DNA of 62,128 bases from assembly GCA_964529405.1 (NCBI GenBank), contig CAZGWE010000005.1, positions 1 to 62,128 of the forward strand, written 5' to 3'. How positions within the stretch are numbered: position 1 is the stretch's first letter; every line of letters begins with the position of its first letter. The stretch is from an uncultured Candidatus Saccharibacteria bacterium (lineage in GTDB: Bacteria > Patescibacteriota > UBA1384 > XYA2-FULL-43-10 > 1-14-0-10-43-13). Below the pieces are notes generated by a model that saw only the letters and a program-made list of their open reading frames with translations, ran no database searches and was not told the DNA's origin. Made by a program: the position numbers and the translations under genes. Of the stretch, positions 1 through 8,294 are shown one piece after another.

Positions 1-774
1 GCTGACTTGCTTCGTTTTGTAGACATTTTTGATAATTTCTTGTTGATGGGCGCCGGCCGCTACCAGTTGTGCTGCCACCGTCAACGATTTGGGTGTTGTG
101 TTGGCATTTTGAAATGAATTTGTGTCAGTGATAATGCCGGTCAGAAGAGCCGTGGCAATTTGTTCATCCAAAAATTTAGGGTCACCCGTTACTGCTTCGA
201 GAACCGAGACTAAAATTTCAGCTGTCGAGGTTGCCGTCAAATCAACCAGATTGATTTTACCGAAATGGCTATTGCCGGAATGATGGTCAATATTAATAAC
301 CGGAACCTCGTAAAATATTTGGGAATTTTTCTCGTAGAGAGAACCCAGACGGTCCAGATCGGGCGCATCCAAGACAATCACGGCTTCGTAATTAAAATCC
401 CCCTCCGAAAACACTACCATTTGCGACGTGAACTGGTCTTTTTTAGGCGTAATAATAATGTCGAGCCTCTTGTCGTGGACTTTATACATGACCTTATCGG
501 CCTTAACATTTGAAATATCCAGCGAAATCACAAAGTCTTTGGCACCGTGAAAATCCTGTTTGATGTTTGAAAGTCCCGGCAAAAACTCCATGGCCGAAGG
601 AGCGATGTCATTACAAACCGCCAAAACATCCTTGCCCTGCTTTGCTAGGAATAAATACAACGCCAAAAGGCTGCCCAGGGCATCGCCATCCGGATCTTTG
701 TGGGTTATTAAAAGAATCTTCTTTTTGTTTTTTAGGGCGTCAACAACTTGTTGTTTTGGCGTTAATTCCATCAT
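1..774 (-). CDS. DHH-family phosphoesterase (NrnA-like), C-terminus cut by window edge
   Basis: Not in the ORF track because it is open at the edge. My reverse translation from ATG 774-772 reads MMELTPKQQVVDALKNKKKILLITHKDPDGDALGS...VINIDHHSGNSH...GIITDTNSFQN with no stop to position 1. DPDGD and DHH motifs are present. Confidence 0.8.
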   Translation of the reverse strand, partial: MMELTPKQQVVDALKNKKKILLITHKDPDGDALGSLLALYLFLAKQGKDVLAVCNDIAPSAMEFLPGLSNIKQDFHGAKDFVISLDISNVKADKVMYKVHDKRLDIIITPKKDQFTSQMVVFSEGDFNYEAVIVLDAPDLDRLGSLYEKNSQIFYEVPVINIDHHSGNSHFGKINLVDLTATSTAEILVSVLEAVTGDPKFLDEQIATALLTGIITDTNSFQNANTTPKSLTVAAQLVAAGAHQQEIIKNVYKTKQVS

Positions 775-940
775 TCGTTTGCGTCTTCCATTAAAACAGG
801 AACGATTCAATATAGCCAACTAAACGGTAAAAGTCAAATAGCGGAAAGGACATATTTCGCTTTACCTTTACATTTCCTCCTTTTTATGTTACGTTAAGTT
901 TAAGAATTAAAAATTATCATTTAAAAATTGGATTTTACCC

Positions 941-1258
941 ATGCCTCTTACATCTTCAGCTAAAAAAGCTCTCCGCGTTGACCGCAGACGAAAACTTGAA
1001 AATGACCTGGTGCGGGCCAAAATTAAAAGCGCCCTAAAAAGCGCCAGGATTAGCATTGCGACGCAAGCCTTCGACATTGAAGAAAAGATGAAGCAAGCGT
1101 ACAAGGAGCTTGATTTAGCCGCCAAGAAAAACATCATCCACGACGGTAAGGCGGACAGATTGAAGTCGCGTCTGGCCAAAGCTTTAAGCAAAACCAAGAC
1201 CGCAGAAACACCCCTCAAAAAAACCGCCAAGGCCAAAGCTGTAAAAAAGAAAAAGTAG
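941..1258 (+). CDS. rpsT: 30S ribosomal protein S20
   Basis: 105 aa, basic. SAKKALRVDRRRKLEN...AKKNIIHDGKADRLKSRLAK matches the S20 pattern. Confidence 0.9.
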   Translation: MPLTSSAKKALRVDRRRKLENDLVRAKIKSALKSARISIATQAFDIEEKMKQAYKELDLAAKKNIIHDGKADRLKSRLAKALSKTKTAETPLKKTAKAKAVKKKK

Positions 1259-1310
1259 CCTCAACCAATATTATTCGAACAAAGCCACGCTCATGGCGCT
1301 GCGGCAATAT

Positions 1311-1338
1311 AAAAATCAGCTTTTAGCTGATTTTTTTG
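1311..1338. terminator. Bidirectional hairpin terminator between rpsT and lepB
   Basis: aaaaATCAGCttttaGCTGATttttttg: a stem flanked by an A-run and a T-run, between convergent genes. Confidence 0.6.
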
Positions 1339-1368
1339 TGCTCTTTTGCTACTCTTCGCTCTCCGCCC

Positions 1369-1947
1369 TTAGAACTGGCTCTCGATTGCTCTCAAGCGAG
1401 GGTAGATTATAAACACGGCCCGACCCAAAAAGAAACGCTTCTCAACCCCGCCGAAATAACGCGAATCATTGGAATTGGGACGGTTGTCGCCCATCAAAAA
1501 GTACTCTTTGTCGCTCATTTTCCAAGTGCCGGCCGGTTCAGTTCTGATGTCAAACGTCAGATAGCTCTCTCTAGCCAAACTGTTATTGATAAAAACTTGC
1601 CCTTCGCTTATCTTCACTTCATCTCCCGGCAGGCCGACCACCCTTTTTACATAATGTTTACGTTCCGGATCGCCCGGATACTCTACCACCACCACATCGC
1701 CGCGCTTTGGCGTCTTGCCAACCAAATAGCTGTTCTTTCCGAGCAAAACAAACTCCCGATCATGCAGGTTGGGTTCCATCGAGACGCCGTCAACAACAAA
1801 TATCGTATACAAAAAGGTGCTGACCAGCACAAGGACGATGCCTGCCAATATAACCCAACGGGTCAAATCAAAAAAAACTCCACCGCCGAACAACAATCTA
1901 TTTAGGATTCTATTCATTACAAACCTTAATAATAATTTCTCACTCAA
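1369..1947 (-). CDS. lepB: Signal peptidase I
   Basis: N-terminal TM. GVSMEPNL (Ser box), KRVVGLPGD (Lys box) and GDNRPNSNDSRYFG motifs. Confidence 0.9.
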   Translation of the reverse strand: MSEKLLLRFVMNRILNRLLFGGGVFFDLTRWVILAGIVLVLVSTFLYTIFVVDGVSMEPNLHDREFVLLGKNSYLVGKTPKRGDVVVVEYPGDPERKHYVKRVVGLPGDEVKISEGQVFINNSLARESYLTFDIRTEPAGTWKMSDKEYFLMGDNRPNSNDSRYFGGVEKRFFLGRAVFIIYPRLRAIESQF

Positions 1948-3517
1948 ACCCCGGCTCCCTTAAGGCCGCCAGACTGCGGGATACATAAGAGATAATCGGG
2001 AAAAGGGCCAAACAAAAGTCTTCCAGGCCCAAACTACCCTTTTCCGTCAAAAACCATCCGGGCATAATGAAATTCTGCCTCGCGAACCGCTTGGCCCAGG
2101 CCGCTTCGCAATTTAAGACGATAGCATAAGGCAAATATCGAATAAAAAGACTGTTCTCATTAAATTCGAAGGGCATCGGCTTAGGATCGGAAAGAAATTT
2201 CCTGAAAGCGTACCAATTCGCCAAGGCTTCCTGGCCGAGAATGCTCCTGATTGGAATACGGGAGGAACAAATAATGATAATGAGAGCTGCCAGCATCATT
2301 CCGACCCAGAAGAAAACAATGTACGGAGGATTGGTGAAAGTTATCAAGCTTAAAATAAAACCGCCCAATCCGGCTGCCAGGGCTAAAATGCCAATTAAAC
2401 GATAGCGGGCATGAATTTTTTGCGGATTCGATTTAAAATAACCCAGGCGGGTCGAAAGAGCGTAGATACCGGCCGAAACGAGCGAAATTTTTTTACTATA
2501 AAAGTGGTTATTAATCCTTCTCTCGATCTCAACTCGATCAGAGCTCAAGTTCTTTTGGAAAATTTTGGAGAGCAAAACTTTTTCATAACCAAGCAGGCGC
2601 TGATCGAATTTACCCTTGCCAAAAGCAAAGCTTCGTTCGCGGTCAATAATAGCAATATCTCCCCGCACGGCCAAATCAATCAGGGTGGCAGCAATCTCCC
2701 TTGAACGCACCCGTTGGTTGACCAGCGCTCCCACCACCGACGGAGGCAAAGCCATAGGGGGCGAGTCAATGCTCTTGTCCGGTATTTCGATACGCTGGCG
2801 CCGTGTTTGATAAAGCACCAGCAGGGACATAAAGATGATAGTAATTACAGGCAAGCTAATTGCCACGGTTACCCAGACATTCAGTTGCAAGCCGGAAAGT
2901 ATTTTCTTAATTTTCTCGTTAACCGGCGCATTAACTGTTCCCTTTGGCATCTTGGCCACAATCGAAACAACAGCACTGCCGGAGACATCTTCGGCTAAAT
3001 AGGTGATAGTCGAATCATCCGAGACAGACGAATTGGTTTCGCCGACGCCATGGATAGCCAGGATTTGGTGTTCCGTTTGCTTGGCTACCGGTTGTGGCAG
3101 AGCCAAAGTAATTTCGATCGAAGTGTACTCAACCCCGGCAGCATCAAGAACCGGCAGTCTGGCTTCATCGCCATCCTGAAGCAAATTGATTTTTTTGTTG
3201 GAGGGATTGCCATCAATTTCAATTTTACCGTCATTAAGAATCTCGACATCAATTTTAAGACTTGTCCGGTCTTCACCAGTAGCGATCGGTTCGGTATCGG
3301 CTTGGTACTTGTTGAAATAAACCGTCCTGACTCCGCCCGCAGCCAGCAAGGCCAATAACGCAAAAAATAGTAGTTTCTTTTTGTAGAAACCAATCAAGCC
3401 GGTTTTTTTTTCTGCCTTTACTTTCTCGCCCTTGGTCAACCACCCTCCTATTTGTGAAGCTTGAAACTTAAAATGTGAAACTTGGTTGAAAACCATCCAT
3501 GCAAACTTCGAGGACAA
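1940..3517 (-). CDS. DUF2207-like membrane protein
   Basis: N-terminal TM, ~170 aa ectodomain, TM, then PPSVVGALVNQRVRSREIAATLIDLAVRGDIAIIDRE, then C-terminal TM cluster. This is the DUF2207 architecture. Confidence 0.6.
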   Translation of the reverse strand: MSSKFAWMVFNQVSHFKFQASQIGGWLTKGEKVKAEKKTGLIGFYKKKLLFFALLALLAAGGVRTVYFNKYQADTEPIATGEDRTSLKIDVEILNDGKIEIDGNPSNKKINLLQDGDEARLPVLDAAGVEYTSIEITLALPQPVAKQTEHQILAIHGVGETNSSVSDDSTITYLAEDVSGSAVVSIVAKMPKGTVNAPVNEKIKKILSGLQLNVWVTVAISLPVITIIFMSLLVLYQTRRQRIEIPDKSIDSPPMALPPSVVGALVNQRVRSREIAATLIDLAVRGDIAIIDRERSFAFGKGKFDQRLLGYEKVLLSKIFQKNLSSDRVEIERRINNHFYSKKISLVSAGIYALSTRLGYFKSNPQKIHARYRLIGILALAAGLGGFILSLITFTNPPYIVFFWVGMMLAALIIIICSSRIPIRSILGQEALANWYAFRKFLSDPKPMPFEFNENSLFIRYLPYAIVLNCEAAWAKRFARQNFIMPGWFLTEKGSLGLEDFCLALFPIISYVSRSLAALREPGFE

Positions 3518-3589
3518 ATCGTCTGCGCTTTGCGGTTTACGTTTTATGCTTTACGTTTTATTTTAGCACTTTTTATTTGCAACACCAAC

Positions 3590-4546
3590 CTACATTCTAC
3601 AAATATCAACTACCAGTAAATCAAGCACCAGGCCCGGCACTGAACCGCTCTTGAGTTCATAGTCCGCTTGTTCTAATTTTAAATAGATACTCTCCAGCTT
3701 ATCGAGCGGATAAATCCTTAATAATGTTGCAAGTTTGCGAAAGACATAGGGGTTTATTCTGGTTAATTTAAGAATCTCCTGATCGCCCGCCCCGCTTGCC
3801 CTCAAATCAGCCGCGCTCAAGGCATGACGGAATTGATAAACAATCATGGTCAGAATGTAAATCTCGTTCTCTCCGGCCTCAATTAAGCGATGGAGAGCTT
3901 GGATGGATTCTTTTTCGTTCTTTTTGGCTAGCCAATCAATCAGGTCGAAAATCTTGACTTCGGAATTTGGCGCGACCATCAACTCAACGGATTTTTCGTC
4001 AATCCCGTCCACTCCGCGGGCACCGGCGTAAGCAATCAGCTTATTGGTTTCCTGATCCAGCCGCCAGAGGTCGGCGTCCACAAAGAGAATTAATTTTTCA
4101 ACCGCTTGCTGCGAAATGGTCAATTTAGCTTTATCGACTCTCGCGCGGATCCATCTTTGCAAAAAGGATCGGGGGAGCGGGGAAAATGTTTGGGCGATTT
4201 TCGGCTTATCGAGCGTTTTAAAAAGAACGGTGCGGGCATCCGGTAAACCCTCTTCGATAAAAAGAACAACGCTGGACTGCGGTATCTTGTCCAAATTATA
4301 GGCAATATATTTTTTGAGATCTAAATCCTTATTTTCCATAAGCAGATTAGTAATTTCAACCAGCTTTGTCTCCATCAGAAACGGCAGCGACAAAACCGCC
4401 TCGAGATAGTTCGCTTTGGTTAATTTAGCCCCGTCCAGACGGATATGATTAAAAAGAGCGTTTGAATCATTGTTGAATTTAGCTCGAAACGCCCTCACCT
4501 TTTCTTTTATAGAGTATGTGTCTTCACCGTAGAGAAAGAAATACAT
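3590..4546 (-). CDS. holA: DNA polymerase III delta subunit
   Basis: MYFFLYGEDTYSIKEK start and a length/helical C-terminus typical of HolA. The track ORF extends to a TTG at 4588; ATG 4546 is preferred. Confidence 0.7.
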   Translation of the reverse strand: MYFFLYGEDTYSIKEKVRAFRAKFNNDSNALFNHIRLDGAKLTKANYLEAVLSLPFLMETKLVEITNLLMENKDLDLKKYIAYNLDKIPQSSVVLFIEEGLPDARTVLFKTLDKPKIAQTFSPLPRSFLQRWIRARVDKAKLTISQQAVEKLILFVDADLWRLDQETNKLIAYAGARGVDGIDEKSVELMVAPNSEVKIFDLIDWLAKKNEKESIQALHRLIEAGENEIYILTMIVYQFRHALSAADLRASGAGDQEILKLTRINPYVFRKLATLLRIYPLDKLESIYLKLEQADYELKSGSVPGLVLDLLVVDICRM

Positions 4547-4634
4547 AAACACGAATGGATGACTAATAATCCGAATAACTAATAACAAATATATTGGTCA
4601 TTCGTCATTTGGTTAATTCGTTATCCATTTCTGG

Positions 4635-5909
4635 CTAGTGTTTAGCTTCTGCCCAATTACTACCGATTCCCACTTCGACCTCCAGCGGTACACATAATTT
4701 TACTACATTTTGCATCACCTCCTTAACCAGCTTAGCAACTTTTTCGGCATCCTCATCGCACACTTCAATTACCAATTCATCGTGCACCGTCAGAATCAGT
4801 TTTGATTTACTGTCTTGCTGTCTAGCTGTTTTGCTGTCTAGCTTTTTACTCAATTCGATCATCGCCAACTTCAGCACCTCCGCCGCCGTGCCCTGAACCG
4901 GCGCATTAACCGCCATCCGTTCCTCTGCCCCTGCCAGGCTGTGATTATGAGAATTGATATTCTTCATCGATCTTCGAAAGCCAAAAAGCGTTTCAACATA
5001 ACCTTTTTCTCTGGCTTCGCTGATCATCCGTTCGCAATATGCCTTAATGCCGATATGAGTCTCAAAATAACGCTTGATATATTGATAAGCCTTTTCCTGA
5101 TCAATTTTTAGAGCCTGCGATAAACCGTACGGGCTCATGCCGTAAAGCACGCCAAAGTTAACTGTCTTGGCCACCCGGCGCTGGTCTGATGTGACTTTAG
5201 CAATAGGAATATCAAAAATTTCAGAGGCCGTGGCGGTATGAATATCTTTTTTCGACTCAAATGCCTTCATCATAACCGGATCCTGAGATAAACAGGCGAC
5301 AATTCTTAATTCGATCTGAGAATAATCGGCCGAAATCAACTTGCAGCCTTGTGGCGCAATGAAAGCTTGCCTGATCTCCGTGCCCAGCTCGCCCTTAATA
5401 GGAATATTTTGCAAGTTCGGATTCGACGAGGTCATCCGACCGGTCGAAGTTTCTTGGCCGTAAGTGGTATGAAGTCTTGAATTTTTATCAACCATCTCGG
5501 GCAACGGTTTTAAGTATGTTGAAACTAATTTGGACAGTTCGCGATACTCGAGAATTGGTTTGATAATAGGATGCTTGTCTTCCAGTTTCGATAATCCCGA
5601 TGCTGCCGTCGATATGCCCGTCTTCGTCCGTTTTAAATCATCAGTCGGAAGTTTTAATTTCTTAAATAGCACATCGGCCATTTGCGAGGGCGAATTGATA
5701 TTGAATTCTTCCCCGGCCAATTTATATATCCGTGATTCGTAATTCTTAATTCGTAATTCGAGCTTTTTAGATAATTTCCGCAAAACATCACAATCAATCA
5801 TCACCCCGGTCTTCTCCATACCACGCAAAACCGGCTCAACATCTTTTGAGATTTTTTCCGAACTTATTTTAGGCAGCTTAACGCCATTTTCGCTCAAATG
5901 GGTCCACAT
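4635..5909 (-). CDS. polA: Family A DNA polymerase, polymerase domain only (split Pol I)
   Basis: Motif A DYSQIELR, motif B RRVAKTVNFGVLYG, motif C VHDEL. The N-terminus starts at the thumb (EEFNINSPSQMADVLF). No exonuclease domains. Confidence 0.88.
   Translation of the reverse strand: MWTHLSENGVKLPKISSEKISKDVEPVLRGMEKTGVMIDCDVLRKLSKKLELRIKNYESRIYKLAGEEFNINSPSQMADVLFKKLKLPTDDLKRTKTGISTAASGLSKLEDKHPIIKPILEYRELSKLVSTYLKPLPEMVDKNSRLHTTYGQETSTGRMTSSNPNLQNIPIKGELGTEIRQAFIAPQGCKLISADYSQIELRIVACLSQDPVMMKAFESKKDIHTATASEIFDIPIAKVTSDQRRVAKTVNFGVLYGMSPYGLSQALKIDQEKAYQYIKRYFETHIGIKAYCERMISEAREKGYVETLFGFRRSMKNINSHNHSLAGAEERMAVNAPVQGTAAEVLKLAMIELSKKLDSKTARQQDSKSKLILTVHDELVIEVCDEDAEKVAKLVKEVMQNVVKLCVPLEVEVGIGSNWAEAKH
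4811..4842. repeat. Octamer microsatellite (TGTCTTGC-like x4) inside polA
   Basis: tgtcttgc tgtctagc tgttttgc tgtctagc. Encodes the SKTARQQDSK insert just before motif C. Confidence 0.85.
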
Positions 5910-5936
5910 ACGGTTTGATATTTTATGGAAGCTACT

Positions 5937-6521
5937 TTACGATATGACTTCTAATAATTGATTTACCCCCAAGCCCCTGTGGCTGATTGAATCCCTTTCT
6001 TCATCCGATAACAGCGAATAATATTTGTTAAAAGTAGTTGAGATAAAAATGGGGTCGTAGCCAAATCCTTTACCTTTGAGCGGTTTATCGGCGATTATGC
6101 CCTCTAAATCACTCTCAAAAGTCCAAAATTTCCTGTCCTTCGGATTATAAAGTGCCAGAACTCCGGTGTATCGGCAGGTTCGCTTTTCCTTGTGAATACC
6201 CTTCATCCTCTCCAGAATCTTTTCATTTCGATCTGCTTCGCTCCCCTCATGCCACCGCTTGGCATGAATACCCGGTTCGCCGCCTAAAGCATCGATAAAC
6301 AAGCCGGTATCGTCAGCCAGTGTTAGCATCTTTGACTTCTCGCCAAAAAATAGAGCCTTCTTCTTGGCATTTCCAAGCAAGCTGTCTTCATTCTCCTCAA
6401 CATCTTCGAAAATTCCAGCTTCTCCGAGCGAAACCAGCTCAATACCAGAACCATGATTCTCAAATATCCGCCTAAACTGCTTGAGCTTATTTTGGTTATT
6501 GGTACCAATCAAAATTTTCAT
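5937..6521 (-). CDS. rdgB: Non-canonical purine NTP pyrophosphatase (RdgB/HAM1)
   Basis: KILIGTNNQNKLKQF, LADDTGLFIDALGGEPG, GFGYDPIF motifs. Confidence 0.9.
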   Translation of the reverse strand: MKILIGTNNQNKLKQFRRIFENHGSGIELVSLGEAGIFEDVEENEDSLLGNAKKKALFFGEKSKMLTLADDTGLFIDALGGEPGIHAKRWHEGSEADRNEKILERMKGIHKEKRTCRYTGVLALYNPKDRKFWTFESDLEGIIADKPLKGKGFGYDPIFISTTFNKYYSLLSDEERDSISHRGLGVNQLLEVIS

Positions 6522-6566
6522 TATCTTAACTCTTCATGCCGTCCTGCTTACTTGCTGTCCTGCCCA

Positions 6567-7685
6567 CTATAACTCCAACTTTAACTGCTCATCCTTTTTC
6601 TTCTGCTCCTCCGTGACCTGACTTTTGACTTCATCGCCCCAACCTTTGGCAAATCTCCGTAGTAAGGAATGGAATTCCAGCTCTTCGAACAATGCCCTGA
6701 GCTTTTCCCTATCATACTGCCCCCACTTAGCAGATTCAAGGTCAAATTCTATCGGTACGTCCCGTCTAATCGTCGCCAATCTCTGCGATTGAAACGCCTG
6801 ATCCTTGTATTCAATCAAGAGCTTAAGGATTCTCTCCTTAATATCCAACTCCTTTGAGAGTGTTTTGAAAATTGAATCATTGGAAATTGCTTGAAAATTG
6901 AAAATTGAAAATTGAAAATTATCCTCCAGCGGTTTTGCTTTTTCAGTAATTTCACAATAAAGGTTTTCTAGCGTGTCATATCGCTGTATTAAATCCGTCG
7001 CCGTCTTCGGCCCGATCCCCGGCACACCCGGAATGTTATCCGAAGCGTCACCCGCCAAGGCTTTTAAGTCAATGAAATCGCCGGGCTCCAAACCATAAAC
7101 TTCTTTAAGATGCTTGTGGTCAAAGATCTCCGCCTCCGAAAAACCTTTCTTGAGCATTAAAACTCTCACATGGCCATTCAATAGTTGATAAACATCCCGA
7201 TCGCCAGAAGCAATGTAAATCATCAGCTCGTCAGCTGGACAGCTGGACAGCTGGACAGCATTATCAGATGTATTTTTAGCTGTCTTGCTATCTTGCTGTC
7301 TTGCTGTCTTGCTTGATCTTAAGCACTGTTCCACGAGTGTGCCTAATATATCATCAGCCTCAAATCCCTCCACAGCGTAAATCGGAACGCCAAAAGCGGT
7401 CAGCATCTCCCGCACACGAGGGATTTGATCATAAAGCTCCTGATCCGCCTTCACTCGCGTAGCTTTGTACTCTGTGTATTCAAGATGACGAAATGTTGGC
7501 CCGGCCAAATCAAAAGCGGCAATAATATAATCGGGATGCAACTCTTCCAGAATTTTAATCAAAGCAAGCGCAAAACCATAGGTCACATTCGTCCGCTCGC
7601 CTTTGGAATTCGATAAATTCTTAGGCAAAGCGTGATATGCCCTGTGCACGATGGCATTGGAATCAATTAAAACAAGCGTCTTCAT
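6567..7685 (-). CDS. 5'-3' exonuclease (FEN; N-terminal module of Pol I as a separate protein)
   Basis: LIDSNAIVHRAYHALP, EADDILGTL, GDASDNIPGVPGIGPKTA (H3TH). Contains low-complexity inserts. Confidence 0.9.
   Translation of the reverse strand: MKTLVLIDSNAIVHRAYHALPKNLSNSKGERTNVTYGFALALIKILEELHPDYIIAAFDLAGPTFRHLEYTEYKATRVKADQELYDQIPRVREMLTAFGVPIYAVEGFEADDILGTLVEQCLRSSKTARQQDSKTAKNTSDNAVQLSSCPADELMIYIASGDRDVYQLLNGHVRVLMLKKGFSEAEIFDHKHLKEVYGLEPGDFIDLKALAGDASDNIPGVPGIGPKTATDLIQRYDTLENLYCEITEKAKPLEDNFQFSIFNFQAISNDSIFKTLSKELDIKERILKLLIEYKDQAFQSQRLATIRRDVPIEFDLESAKWGQYDREKLRALFEELEFHSLLRRFAKGWGDEVKSQVTEEQKKKDEQLKLEL
6891..6918. repeat. Heptamer microsatellite (TTGAAAA x4) inside the FEN CDS
   Basis: ttgaaaattgaaaattgaaaattgaaaa. 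Translated as FQFSIFNFQ in the minus frame. Confidence 0.85.
7232..7259. repeat. Octamer microsatellite (CAGCTGGA x3.5) inside the FEN CDS
   Basis: cagctgga cagctgga cagctgga cagc. Encodes VQLSSCPAD. Confidence 0.85.
7281..7312. repeat. Octamer microsatellite (TGTCTTGC x4) inside the FEN CDS
   Basis: tgtcttgc tatcttgc tgtcttgc tgtcttgc. Encodes KTARQQDSKTAK. Same unit as 4811-4842. Confidence 0.85.
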
Positions 7686-7782
7686 GCGCTCATTCTATCG
7701 TAATTAGAACGAATAGTCTATTTCGACAAAAATGGCTCCGAGCTATGGAGCCCAAAGCCATCACGGTTTTCCGGGCGTTTAT

Positions 7783-8169
7783 TCAGACCACCACCCCCTT
7801 AAAGAAAAGCAGTCCCGAATTATCGCCGGGAAGACGCAAGGAGCCATCCCGGCCGGACAATTCCATCGCGCCATCCTTCTCATAGGCCAAGCCGGTCAAG
7901 ACAGCGAACTTGGCGATAGTACCCACTATTGCCACCCACTCGGGACGACACTGTTCCTGATGCTCCCGCCGCACTCGAACAAACGCCCCTCCATCCACGC
8001 GCAGTTCGCCGGACTCTTCGTCCACACAGTAAATCTGGCGGAGGATGGCGGCAAAACGCCGGAACAGCCTGCCCTCTTCTTGGGCGGTAACCTGGATAAC
8101 GGCTTCGGCCCCGGGGATGATATCTCCCAGAGCAAGGCTGACCCTATCTGTCTGAAGTATCCACAGCAT
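7783..8169 (-). CDS. Hypothetical protein (G+C-rich orphan)
   Basis: 128 aa. Strong SD (aaggagaggtaagaaATG). Hairpin + T-run terminator on the minus strand at ~7730-7756. No recognisable family. Confidence 0.45.
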   Translation of the reverse strand: MLWILQTDRVSLALGDIIPGAEAVIQVTAQEEGRLFRRFAAILRQIYCVDEESGELRVDGGAFVRVRREHQEQCRPEWVAIVGTIAKFAVLTGLAYEKDGAMELSGRDGSLRLPGDNSGLLFFKGVVV

Positions 8170-8294
8170 TTCTTACCTCTCCTTCGCTGGATTCTGTCTA
8201 TCTTCTATCCTCCAACCTCAAGATTCACTCTCTAGCTTCGACTGCCTATCGTCAATTATAAGTTGTTAAAATGGTAGGGTTTACTGTAAATTTA

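Noticed and set aside
7732-8235. 167-aa plus-strand ORF overlapping the 128-aa minus-strand ORF.
   Set aside because: It has no SD and no terminator on the plus strand. The minus-strand ORF has a strong SD and a hairpin + T-run terminator and matches the local gene orientation. The long antisense ORF is expected in G+C-rich DNA.
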